DNA of 47,597 nt, from UHGV virus genome UHGV-1361682; one strand, written 5' to 3'. The notes beneath the pieces were generated by a model. The model saw only the letters and a program-made list of their open reading frames with translations, was not told the origin of the DNA and ran no database searches. This document shows, piece by piece, positions 7,298 through 15,264 of the stretch. How positions within the stretch are numbered: the stretch's first letter is position 1; the number at the start of each line of letters is the position of its first letter. Source of the stretch: a virus. The translations under genes and the position numbers were made by a program.

Positions 7298-8131
7298 ATG
7301 AATAAGACCATCATCGCCCTGACCCTGTCCCTGATCGCCACCGTTGCCAACGCCACCAATACCCCGGGCGCAGACTGCGTCGGCGTCAATGCCTGCAAGA
7401 CCAACTCGGACAACAAGACCTTCAACACCACCAACCAGCCCACGGCTTCTGTCAACGGCGTGCACTCGCAAGCACACAGCGACCAGACCCAAGGCCAGCA
7501 CCAAGGCCAGACGGCCACGGGCGGTTCTGTTGGAAGCTTCGGTGTGAACTCCCACACCAGCCTGGCCACCGGCGGGTACATGTACAACAACAAGTCCCTG
7601 AACATCAACCCTGTCACGGTGCCTGCTGCAGCGATGGTGGCCCCTTCGGCCGAGATCAGCCGTATGGCGGACCCGTACTGCGGTCCTCGCCAGCGCGTGA
7701 TGTCTACGGACGTCCAAGGCCGTGTGATCGGCCTGTTCGTGGACAGCAACGTCAAGCTTGGTGAGAACCAGTGGCTGGCCCCCGACTTCGACATGCCGTA
7801 CCGTCGGGTGGAAGTCATGCCCGGCCTTACCCAACTGATCGGCCACAAGGTGCACGAGACCACCACGGTCTTGACCGTGTCCACGTCAGGTGCCATGGCC
7901 TTCGGTGCCAACGGTAGTTCTGGTCAGGGCGGTTCCATCGGAGGGTCCCACGGAGGTGCCCTGCAGCGTATGGTGACAACGATTCGTGTCCAAGAGTGTG
8001 TGGCCTACGAAATCACGCCCGCTAAGGCCCCTAGCAGGCCCGTGGTGCCTTCCAAACCGAAAGCCAAGGTGGTTGCCCCAACCAGGGTGCAGAAAGCCTC
8101 CAAGGCCCTGAAATGCGATTGTGAGAAGTGA
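7298..8131 (+). CDS. Secreted/periplasmic protein, 277 aa, with an N-terminal signal peptide (MNKTIIALTLSLIATVANA), Gly/Ser/Thr/Gln-rich segments and a basic Pro/Lys-rich tail
   Basis: ORF track. The N-terminus has a basic n-region, a hydrophobic core and an AXA cleavage motif. AAGGAA is 8 nt upstream of the ATG. Confidence 0.6.
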   Translation: MNKTIIALTLSLIATVANATNTPGADCVGVNACKTNSDNKTFNTTNQPTASVNGVHSQAHSDQTQGQHQGQTATGGSVGSFGVNSHTSLATGGYMYNNKSLNINPVTVPAAAMVAPSAEISRMADPYCGPRQRVMSTDVQGRVIGLFVDSNVKLGENQWLAPDFDMPYRRVEVMPGLTQLIGHKVHETTTVLTVSTSGAMAFGANGSSGQGGSIGGSHGGALQRMVTTIRVQECVAYEITPAKAPSRPVVPSKPKAKVVAPTRVQKASKALKCDCEK

Positions 8132-8138
8132 GGTCTGT

Positions 8139-8660
8139 ATGATCCAAGTGAAGATGCATCCGGACATTCGGCGAGTCCGGGTGTCTGCAGATACCCAATG
8201 CATCGTGGCGTACTGGTACTGGTTCGACGGTGAGGTGTACCGGGGTGACATGGCCGGCACCTACGCCGAGCTACACCAATGGGTGGATGATGTGCTGTTC
8301 CGGCACGGCCCTGGTGCCAAGGGTGAGGTGTACTTCTGGATCAGGGATCAGAACCAGATATACCCACTACTCGCGAAGACTGGGCTGTACCTCAAGCCTG
8401 CGCTGAAGCAGTTCCTGCACTACCTGCACCCGGGCAAGTATGTCCAGCCCCAGTCGGTTGGCGGGTGCAAGGCGGTGCTGGCCCTGCGGAACTCCCGATC
8501 CCCTGCACTTCGGGAAGTCGGTGGGTACCCAAAGGAGAAGGCCGAAGCCGTGCTGGCCATGCTCGAGTTCAAGCACGGTGACCACCTGAACTGGTGGTCG
8601 GAGGGGATGATGGAAGAGCTGTACAAGGCGACGTTCTGCTACGAACACAGGAGTGAATGA
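8139..8660 (+). CDS. Hypothetical protein, 173 aa
   Basis: Track ORF 8121..8660. The start is moved to ATG 8139, with TGAGG 6 nt upstream. Confidence 0.45.
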   Translation: MIQVKMHPDIRRVRVSADTQCIVAYWYWFDGEVYRGDMAGTYAELHQWVDDVLFRHGPGAKGEVYFWIRDQNQIYPLLAKTGLYLKPALKQFLHYLHPGKYVQPQSVGGCKAVLALRNSRSPALREVGGYPKEKAEAVLAMLEFKHGDHLNWWSEGMMEELYKATFCYEHRSE

Positions 8661-9061
8661 TGCGTGACGAACTGATTGACTGGATTCTGGATGCCCTTGA
8701 AGAGTCGGTGCGGCATGACCTTCGGTACGCCGACGCCGACTTCGAGCTGCTCTGCGACACGTTCTCGGACGTGGCGCCGGACGATGTGGACGCCACCCTG
8801 TACCTTGAGGACAAGTACAGGGAATTGCCCTTCCCGGTATGGTTCCTTGACGCCACGTCATGTGGCGGGCGCTGGGGCGGTGTCCCCGATGCCAAGGGGT
8901 ATGACCTCATCACACGGGAAGACGGCGACCACGTGACCATCTACCTTGAGTACAGGGGCTTCGTGAAGCCTCTGTGGGGCGGCTTGAAGTCAGACGATAC
9001 GTCATGGGCTGAAATCTACGGAAGCGCATGCAAGGCACTGGAAGAACGGGAGCTGCCATGA
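8657..9061 (+). CDS. Hypothetical acidic protein, 134 aa
   Basis: ORF track. ATGA overlap with the previous stop, and AGGAG upstream. Confidence 0.55.
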   Translation: MMRDELIDWILDALEESVRHDLRYADADFELLCDTFSDVAPDDVDATLYLEDKYRELPFPVWFLDATSCGGRWGGVPDAKGYDLITREDGDHVTIYLEYRGFVKPLWGGLKSDDTSWAEIYGSACKALEERELP

Positions 9062-9303
9062 CTGTAAAGGATGTGCTGAAGGAACGGGGCGAACGGTATG
9101 GCACCTTCGCCCAGAACGGTGCCCTGTACCACGCCCTCAAGACCCTGCTGACAACCGAGAAGGCGTCCCCTGTACAGCAGATGTGCCTGGACATGATCGC
9201 CATGAAGCTGTCCCGGATGATCAACGGCGACGTCAACTACCGGGATAACTGGGTGGACATCATCGGGTACTGCAAAGGTGCCCTTGGGGAAGGCGATGAG
9301 TAA
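9058..9303 (+). CDS. Hypothetical protein, 81 aa
   Basis: In frame in track ORF 9028..9303. GGGAG is 5 nt upstream of ATG 9058. ATGA overlap with the previous stop. Confidence 0.45.
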   Translation: MTVKDVLKERGERYGTFAQNGALYHALKTLLTTEKASPVQQMCLDMIAMKLSRMINGDVNYRDNWVDIIGYCKGALGEGDE

Positions 9304-9736
9304 GAGTCTGTACCAGCGGATCAAGCAGTATGTCCGGCAGCTGACCAACTACCCCGGCACCCACCAGTGGATCAGCCACAACGGCACCGTGTGCATCACT
9401 TGGACATGCTGGCCGAACTTCAGCGCTATGGACGTGTCCGTAACGGCGTGTGGGTTTGGTGCCCGCGGACGTATGGGGTTTGGCAAGAAGGCCGCGCTGC
9501 CCGCTTCCTTCGACGTGTTCAAGGAAGTCCCACAAGGCACCATGCGCCGGCAGGTTGGGAAGGTACTGCGCCGGGGGTATGGGTATGTGACCTTCGAGTC
9601 TCGGGAGTACATCGTACTGCGGAACGAAGGTGCCCATCTGAGGCTGTCAGATGGCGGGTACCTGACGGACAAGGAACGTGCGCTGCCTGCGAACGTGGTG
9701 GCACACTGGCTGTTGTATGGCGTTTTGAGAGGATGA
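9296..9736 (+). CDS. Hypothetical protein, 146 aa
   Basis: Track ORF 9278..9736. The start is moved to ATG 9296, with GGGGAAGG upstream. Confidence 0.45.
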   Translation: MSKSLYQRIKQYVRQLTNYPGTHQWISHNGTVCITWTCWPNFSAMDVSVTACGFGARGRMGFGKKAALPASFDVFKEVPQGTMRRQVGKVLRRGYGYVTFESREYIVLRNEGAHLRLSDGGYLTDKERALPANVVAHWLLYGVLRG

Positions 9737-9739
9737 ACC

Positions 9740-10168
9740 ATGCGAGACTATGACAAGGGAGTATCGTTGGAGCTGGTGAAGAACGGTAAGGCAACCACAG
9801 TTCGGTACTTCCCGGAAGATGGCGTCGTCATCCGTACATCGGGCAGGCAGCGGATTGCGTACTTGGTTGACAAGGAACCGACGGATGAGGAGCTGTTCCT
9901 GTGGGTCACAAAGTGTGCCCTGCCCATTGGGGCTTTCCGGGTACGGCACTACCTGATCGACTTCAGTCACAAGGCAAAACGACTGTCGGACGGCTTGCTG
10001 TACCCGAACGGTGTACGTATGCAAATCTTCCCCGAGCTGATGGGCAAGCTCGATGTGTACCTGACCAAAGGCGATACGTACCTGGAAGAGTTCACGGTGA
10101 CCCCACGTCACACTGTGGACACCATGGACGATGCCATTGCGGAACTCGCCCACCGGGGCGTTCTTTGA
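9740..10168 (+). CDS. Hypothetical protein, 142 aa
   Basis: ORF track. GAGAGGA RBS is present. Confidence 0.55.
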   Translation: MRDYDKGVSLELVKNGKATTVRYFPEDGVVIRTSGRQRIAYLVDKEPTDEELFLWVTKCALPIGAFRVRHYLIDFSHKAKRLSDGLLYPNGVRMQIFPELMGKLDVYLTKGDTYLEEFTVTPRHTVDTMDDAIAELAHRGVL

Positions 10169-10204
10169 AGCTAAGACACGGAAGACGCCCCACCAATCGT
10201 GGGA

Positions 10205-10234
10205 CGCGTGGATTGAAACGAGGATATGAACATG
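10205..10234 (+). promoter_or_regulatory. Conserved 5' element, copy 1: hairpin plus GCGTGGATTGAAACGAGGATATGAACATG
   Basis: It shares about 25 of 30 positions with the copy at 10615-10646. It is preceded by a hairpin at 10185-10209. Confidence 0.45.
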
Positions 10235-10600
10235 TTCACGAAGCACAAAGCCTACCTGTCCAAACTGACCGATCGATTCGTTGACAAGCTGCCGAACGTG
10301 ATGACGGTAGAGGACGAGAACGGCGTTTATCAGTACCACGATGTGTTCTGCAGCTTCAAGGACGGTGCGTGCGGCTGGTCGGTGTACACCACCTATGATC
10401 ACGACGATGACCGTGGCACCCTGCACGTAGCCTTCACGGACATGGACCACATCATCACCCGTACCATCCGGATGAATGCGGAGTTTGACCGGGTTCTGCT
10501 GGAGCTGGTGGTGTACGACATGCTGTCGAACTACATGGCGCTACTGGACAAGCTGGCGGAAATCGCTGAAGTGCAACCCGAACTGGACCTTGGAGAATGA
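10232..10600 (+). CDS. Hypothetical protein, 122 aa
   Basis: Track ORF 10226..10600. The second ATG, 10232, is preferred because GAGGA lies 7 nt upstream. It is preceded by the conserved element GCGTGGATTGAAACGAGGA. Confidence 0.5.
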   Translation: MFTKHKAYLSKLTDRFVDKLPNVMTVEDENGVYQYHDVFCSFKDGACGWSVYTTYDHDDDRGTLHVAFTDMDHIITRTIRMNAEFDRVLLELVVYDMLSNYMALLDKLAEIAEVQPELDLGE

Positions 10601-10614
10601 CACGCACTGCAAAT

Positions 10615-10646
10615 GCGCGTGTGGATTGAAACGGAGAATGACCATG
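10615..10646 (+). promoter_or_regulatory. Conserved 5' element, copy 2: hairpin plus GCGTGTGGATTGAAACGGAGAATGACCATG
   Basis: See copy 1. It is preceded by the hairpin CACGCactgcaaatGCGTG (10600-10620). Confidence 0.45.
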
Positions 10647-10835
10647 CAACTGAAAGACACCTACCGCAGCATGTACTACTCGTTCGAGAAGGGCAAATGG
10701 GTTCCAGAAGAGGAGTTCTTCCGGGATGCCCCGTGCCGTTCCTGCCCCCCTGCTCCGGGCGTTGTGTACCAGACGGCCAACCCGGTTCCCGCTGCCCAGA
10801 ACGAGCCCCGCTTCATCCCGATCGAGGAGTGCTGA
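10644..10835 (+). CDS. Small protein, 63 aa
   Basis: In frame in track ORF 10476..10835. GGAG is 7 nt upstream of ATG 10644. It is preceded by a second copy of the conserved GTGGATTGAAACGGAG element. Confidence 0.45.
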   Translation: MQLKDTYRSMYYSFEKGKWVPEEEFFRDAPCRSCPPAPGVVYQTANPVPAAQNEPRFIPIEEC

Positions 10836-11620
10836 TGAACTGGTTGCGAGAAGCGCAGGCCCTGCCTGTCGGACGCAGCAAGTGGATACGGCACGGGCAC
10901 TGCAACAAGGATAACCTGATCTTGCACAACAAGCCTGACCGCTGGTCCGCGCTGTGCATGTGGTGCGGGTGGTATGCCCAGCAAATGAAGGAAGTACGTC
11001 AGGCGAAGCCCGTGGCCACGCCAAAGCCCCGTGAACTGCCTGTAGACCTGACGTTGGATGTTCCGGAAGATGTACTCGCAAGCAGGCTTTACCGGTACGG
11101 ACTGCAACCGTCATGGCTGTTCGACTGGAAGCTGAAGTACAGCCCCGGCCAACGGCGCCTGTACTTCATCAACCCAGTGACTGGTGAGTTCGCCAGCAGG
11201 GCCACCACCCCTGATGGCCAGCCTAAATGGCTGCATAGCACCACGAGTACGCTGCTGAAGGCACGGGCCAACGATGACTTCACCATCGTCTGCGAAGACC
11301 TGCTGTCGGCCTTCAAGCTGTATGCAGTGTGTGGCAAGACGGCCAACGTGCTGTGCAGCCACGGGGTTCTGATGAACCGCGAAGCCAAGCGTGTCCTGGT
11401 GCTGTTGGGATGCCCGGTAGTGCTGGCCTACGACGGTGACGATGCCGGACGGCAGGCGGTCCGACGGACCACGGCGGAAGTGTCCCCGTTCCTGGATGTA
11501 CGGGTGTTCAGGGTGCCTGAAGGCGCTGACCCCAAGGACATGTCCATGGACCACATCAACGAGGAGTATAAGCGTGTCATTGCAAACGACGATCCTGCAC
11601 CTTCTGCGCGATCGCGGTAA
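10835..11620 (+). CDS. DNA primase, 261 aa: N-terminal zinc-binding region (HGHC...CMWC) plus TOPRIM-like motifs (E in CEDLLSAF, DGDD in AYDGDDAGR)
   Basis: Track ORF 10613..11620, with the start moved to ATG 10835 (GAGGAG upstream). The motifs are recognised by eye. It sits immediately upstream of the helicase, matching the T7 gp4 / phiKMV primase arrangement. Confidence 0.75.
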   Translation: MNWLREAQALPVGRSKWIRHGHCNKDNLILHNKPDRWSALCMWCGWYAQQMKEVRQAKPVATPKPRELPVDLTLDVPEDVLASRLYRYGLQPSWLFDWKLKYSPGQRRLYFINPVTGEFASRATTPDGQPKWLHSTTSTLLKARANDDFTIVCEDLLSAFKLYAVCGKTANVLCSHGVLMNREAKRVLVLLGCPVVLAYDGDDAGRQAVRRTTAEVSPFLDVRVFRVPEGADPKDMSMDHINEEYKRVIANDDPAPSARSR

Positions 11621-12839
11621 GCTGAACCTGCTGGGTCCGACGATCCCCAAGGGTGATGGAATGGTCGAGACCCAGGCGATCATGGCCTGGTACCGGGCTT
11701 ACCTGAAGAGTAACCCCAGTGCTGAGGAGGTCAGCCTGCAGGCCATCCGTGAGATGATCGCGCTGCAGGCGGACAAAGACCCCGACGGCACAGCCCTGAT
11801 GCTGTCCCTGATCAAACAGCTTGAAGACAATCCACCGACCGAAGGTGAGCTGAGCGCTGTCAGCGACGTGCTGTACTCCAGGCGTCTGGCAGCACAAGCC
11901 CAGGGCATCATCGAGAAGTGGGACCAAGGCGAGGAAATCGACCTGGCCTTCGAGCTTCAAGCCGTTGCCCAGCATGCCATGAAGCTGGCCGGCATGGCAT
12001 CAGCCACGGACTACGAGCGCACACCGATCGAGGAGCTTCTGGAAGAAGCCGACCAGGATGTGGGCCTGAAGTTCAGACGATGGCCAGCCCTGCGGCACTC
12101 GATCCAAGGGGTTCTGGGCGGGATCAGCATCGCCATCGCAGCACGTCCTGACCGTGGGAAGACCAGCCTTGTGGCGGCCATCCTCACGGACTGGGCAGGG
12201 CAGGCGTTCAAGCTGTTCGGTCCGGATCGTCCCATCCTCTGGCTGAACAACGAGGGCAAGGGCAGACGCCTGATTCCTCGCCTGTACCAGTCGGCGCTTG
12301 GCATGACCATGGATGATCTGCAGAAGCTGTCCAAGGCCGGCAAGCTGAAGGAAGCCTACGAGAAGGCCCTGGGAACCCCGTCAGACTTCATCCGGATCAA
12401 GGACATGCACGGGGCCAGCATGGGGCAGATCGAGCGCGTAATCGACGCTGTGAAGCCTTCTGTGGTGGTTGCTGACATGCTGTCGAACTTCCACACCGGA
12501 GTGCCTGGTCAGGCAGCCCATGCCGAGACAGAGCGGGTGTGGGAACTGTGGCGGGAGATTCTGGCCAGGCACGACTGCGTGGGCATCGGTACGATCCAGA
12601 TCAGCCAGGAAGGTGCGAACATGCTGTATCCACCCCAGTCTGCGCTGAAGGAGTCCAAGACTGGTGTACAAGGCGCCGTTGACCTGATCCTGATGATGGG
12701 TAACTTCGATCAGGAAAGCCCAGAGCTGCGCGGCCTGAGTACCCCGAAGAACAAGCTGCAGCGTCCCCGATCACCAGGGTATGTTAAGTGTCAGCTTGTG
12801 TTTGACCCAACCAAATGTGAATTTGTGGAGATGTCATGA
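11574..12839 (+). CDS. Replicative DNA helicase, DnaB/T7 gp4 C-terminal family (Walker A AARPDRGKTSL, Walker B VVVADML)
   Basis: Track ORF 11436..12839. GTG 11574 is chosen (GAGGAG 7 nt upstream; it overlaps the primase end by 47 nt in another frame). ATG 11660 is an alternative start. Confidence 0.75.
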   Translation: MSLQTTILHLLRDRGKLNLLGPTIPKGDGMVETQAIMAWYRAYLKSNPSAEEVSLQAIREMIALQADKDPDGTALMLSLIKQLEDNPPTEGELSAVSDVLYSRRLAAQAQGIIEKWDQGEEIDLAFELQAVAQHAMKLAGMASATDYERTPIEELLEEADQDVGLKFRRWPALRHSIQGVLGGISIAIAARPDRGKTSLVAAILTDWAGQAFKLFGPDRPILWLNNEGKGRRLIPRLYQSALGMTMDDLQKLSKAGKLKEAYEKALGTPSDFIRIKDMHGASMGQIERVIDAVKPSVVVADMLSNFHTGVPGQAAHAETERVWELWREILARHDCVGIGTIQISQEGANMLYPPQSALKESKTGVQGAVDLILMMGNFDQESPELRGLSTPKNKLQRPRSPGYVKCQLVFDPTKCEFVEMS

Positions 12840-13219
12840 TCCCTGCACGAACGATTGAATCCCTGCTGACCACCGGCGACAAGCGCTTCAACGTCAAGCT
12901 CAACGCCGAGTACAAGGTGGGCTCTGCGATGGTCACCGTTGGCGTGTACAAGCCCAAGGGCAAGATATACGCCGCTGGTGCCATCCGGTACAAGGACAGG
13001 CCGGCGAACGATCTGGTGAACAATGTGGCGCTGGAGATCGTGGACCGCCTGCTGTACCACAAGGAAGACCTTGCCGGGGCATGGAGCTTCGACATCGACA
13101 CCTTGAAGGTAACCATCAACGGCGAGAAGTACGAGCTGACGTTTGATGCTCCGCTGCCCCCAACCCCGGATGTGGCGCTGCGGAACGGACTGGAAATAAT
13201 CCTGCAGAGGGGGTACTGA
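12836..13219 (+). CDS. Hypothetical protein, 127 aa
   Basis: ORF track. ATGA overlap with the helicase stop, and GGAG upstream. Confidence 0.55.
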   Translation: MIPARTIESLLTTGDKRFNVKLNAEYKVGSAMVTVGVYKPKGKIYAAGAIRYKDRPANDLVNNVALEIVDRLLYHKEDLAGAWSFDIDTLKVTINGEKYELTFDAPLPPTPDVALRNGLEIILQRGY

Positions 13220-14583
13220 TGTCTGTGATGATCTTGGACTTGGAGACTGAGACCACGGGGAACCCCAAGGACCCCGTCTCCAACCCGTGGAACCCCGAGC
13301 TGTACATCGTGGCTGCTGGCTGGTGCATCGAAGACGCCTACGGCAATGGCACGATCGAGGGCCGGTACTTCGACGGGCCCACAGATGAGGAGTGGCTGAC
13401 CATCCCCGATGAGGTGGACATGCTGGTTGGCCATAACCTCCAGTACGATGTAAAGTGGCTTATGCACCGCCAGCCCAAGGCCATGTGGGGGTTCCTGCAC
13501 CGGGGCGGACGGCTGTTCGACACCCAGACCGCAGAGTTCATCCTCGGCGGCATGACGGAGCTGTACCCCGGCCTGGACACCACTGCCCCACGGTACGGCG
13601 GTACGCAGAAGGTCGATGTGGTCAAGGCGCTGTGGAAGCAGGGCATCAAGACCAGCCAGATCGAGAAGCGGATACTGTTCGACGAGTACCTGCTCGGCCC
13701 ATCTGGGGACATCGAGAACACCCGGAAGGTCTTCTGGGGTCAGGTGCAGGCCCTGCAAGCCAAGGGCATGTGGGACATGTTCATGCTGCGAATGGGTGGA
13801 TACCTGTTCAATACCATGGCGACATACAACGGCATGCACATCGACATGAAGTTGGCGGCAGAGCACCTGGCTGAGCGCGAAGCAGAGTACGAAGAGCTGG
13901 ACAAGTTCGTGCACGAGTCCCTGAAGACACGGGCACCTGACCTGCCCGGCCTGGACTTCAAGGTGACGATCAGCACGAAGCCTGCGCTGCTGTACGGTGG
14001 GTACTACAAGGCCCGGTACAGGGGCTCGTACGACCCCCCGAAGTACGTCAAGGCGGACATGTACAAGGGCGCCGACGGGAAGTATTACCCCGCCGATGGC
14101 CCGGTGCCGGAGGGTGCAGTCACATGGGCCAGTGGGGTGAACAAAGGGGCACCTAAGGTGTTCCGTGTCGATACCGATGAGGAGAAGCTGCGATGGCTTG
14201 AAGCCGAGTACGAACTGCCGGGTATCATCCCGTGGGACCATCTGACTGACGCCTTCCGGGATCGGTTGGAGAACTACGAGACCACTATGACCCACGCCGA
14301 TGGGTCCAAGGTGTACCCGACCGGCAGAGAGTTCATCGAGGCATGGGCCGAACAGCCAAGCATGCCAGAGGAGTGGAAGCCTGTGGCGAAGGCCATGGTC
14401 CGCCTCTCCGAGCTGGACAAAGAGCTGGGCACGTACTACATGAGGACCAACGGTCAGGGCGAGCAGGTAGGTATGCTCACCTACGTAGACCCATACGACA
14501 ACATAGTGCACCATGAGCTGAACACGACATCGGTGAAGACTGGGCGCCTGTCCGGAACGAAGCCTAGAATGTTGGGCTTGTAA
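13219..14583 (+). CDS. Family-A (Pol I/T7 gp5-like) DNA polymerase, N-terminal part: 3'-5' exonuclease domain and start of the polymerase domain. It ends ...TGRLSGTKP followed by 5 non-conserved residues and a stop.
   Basis: Exo motifs are present: LDLETETTG (DxE) and HNLQYDVKW. The ORF terminates inside the conserved Pol I motif GRLSS..PNLQNIP. Confidence 0.8.
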   Translation: MSVMILDLETETTGNPKDPVSNPWNPELYIVAAGWCIEDAYGNGTIEGRYFDGPTDEEWLTIPDEVDMLVGHNLQYDVKWLMHRQPKAMWGFLHRGGRLFDTQTAEFILGGMTELYPGLDTTAPRYGGTQKVDVVKALWKQGIKTSQIEKRILFDEYLLGPSGDIENTRKVFWGQVQALQAKGMWDMFMLRMGGYLFNTMATYNGMHIDMKLAAEHLAEREAEYEELDKFVHESLKTRAPDLPGLDFKVTISTKPALLYGGYYKARYRGSYDPPKYVKADMYKGADGKYYPADGPVPEGAVTWASGVNKGAPKVFRVDTDEEKLRWLEAEYELPGIIPWDHLTDAFRDRLENYETTMTHADGSKVYPTGREFIEAWAEQPSMPEEWKPVAKAMVRLSELDKELGTYYMRTNGQGEQVGMLTYVDPYDNIVHHELNTTSVKTGRLSGTKPRMLGL

Positions 14584-15264
14584 AACCATGTGAAATCAGG
14601 GAACCCTTAGCTGGGAATCCTGAGTGCCGTGCATCATAGGAAAGGCTATGCGCACCATTGAAGATATGATCGAGAACACAACGCTCACTCTTAGCATGAT
14701 CGCTAAGGAACTGGGCGTTACGTTGAAGCAGGTTGGAAAGGTATGGCGGAAGTACCCGGCAGAGTTTCGTAAGCGCCGCAAGCATATTACGTACAGCCGG
14801 GCGCAGAAGATCCACACATGGATGATAGGACGGACTGGCGCCGATCACCCCAATTACAAAGGCGTGGTTGGGGACAACAAGGGGTATCTGATGATGCTCA
14901 AGCCTGATTGGTACACAGGACGCCGCGGTTCGAAGCATGTGTTTCTTCACAACATTGTAGTGTGCGAGCGCCTCAAGATTACTGAAATTCCGAGAGGCTG
15001 GTGTGTCCACCATGTGGATTTCGACCCGCATAACAATGAGTTTGACAACCTTGTCCTGATGACAACATCCGATCATGGTAAGTTACATCAATGGATGAAA
15101 CGGCATGCAACGACTATCTCGAAAGAGAGTACACTCAAGTGGGTGGAAGCGCATGGCACACCCTTCCAAAAAGAAGGTGCTGTGAAGATATAGTCTGATC
15201 TGCATGGAAACATGCAGCTGCCGAAAGGCGGGGCAGGGAGTAACGAACCTGCCCGAACACAATG
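14566..15264 (+). mobile_element. 699-bp insertion splitting the DNA polymerase gene exactly inside the GRLSxxxP|NLxNxP motif. It carries an HNH endonuclease ORF and is a candidate group I intron or homing-endonuclease insertion.
   Basis: The upstream exon would end at U14565 and the element ends in G15264, as expected for a group I intron. The 3' flank 15194-15264 folds into three hairpins, two of them with GAAA tetraloops. The HNH ORF is internal. Confidence 0.55.
14648..15193 (+). CDS. HNH homing endonuclease, 181 aa (HHVDFDPHNNEFDNLVLMTTSDH motif)
   Basis: Track ORF 14624..15193. The start is moved to ATG 14648, with AGGAAAGG upstream. The H-N-H catalytic motif is clear. The gene sits between the two DNA polymerase halves. 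Confidence 0.85.
   Translation: MRTIEDMIENTTLTLSMIAKELGVTLKQVGKVWRKYPAEFRKRRKHITYSRAQKIHTWMIGRTGADHPNYKGVVGDNKGYLMMLKPDWYTGRRGSKHVFLHNIVVCERLKITEIPRGWCVHHVDFDPHNNEFDNLVLMTTSDHGKLHQWMKRHATTISKESTLKWVEAHGTPFQKEGAVKI

Noticed and set aside
10613-10834. N-terminal extension of the primase ORF (track start 10613)
   Set aside because: The extension is low-complexity and overlaps the well-supported 63-aa gene. ATG 10835 has a GAGGAG RBS and begins the zinc-binding domain.
12784-14589. 601-aa minus-strand ORF antisense to the DNA polymerase exonuclease domain. Similar long antisense ORFs occur at 31442-32854, 25693-26682, 15634-16719 and 9647-10450.
   Set aside because: They lie opposite genes with clear conserved motifs on the + strand and have low-complexity, Arg/Pro/Gly-rich translations typical of antisense frames in GC-rich DNA. 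They have no RBS. All credible genes are co-oriented, as in T7-like phages.
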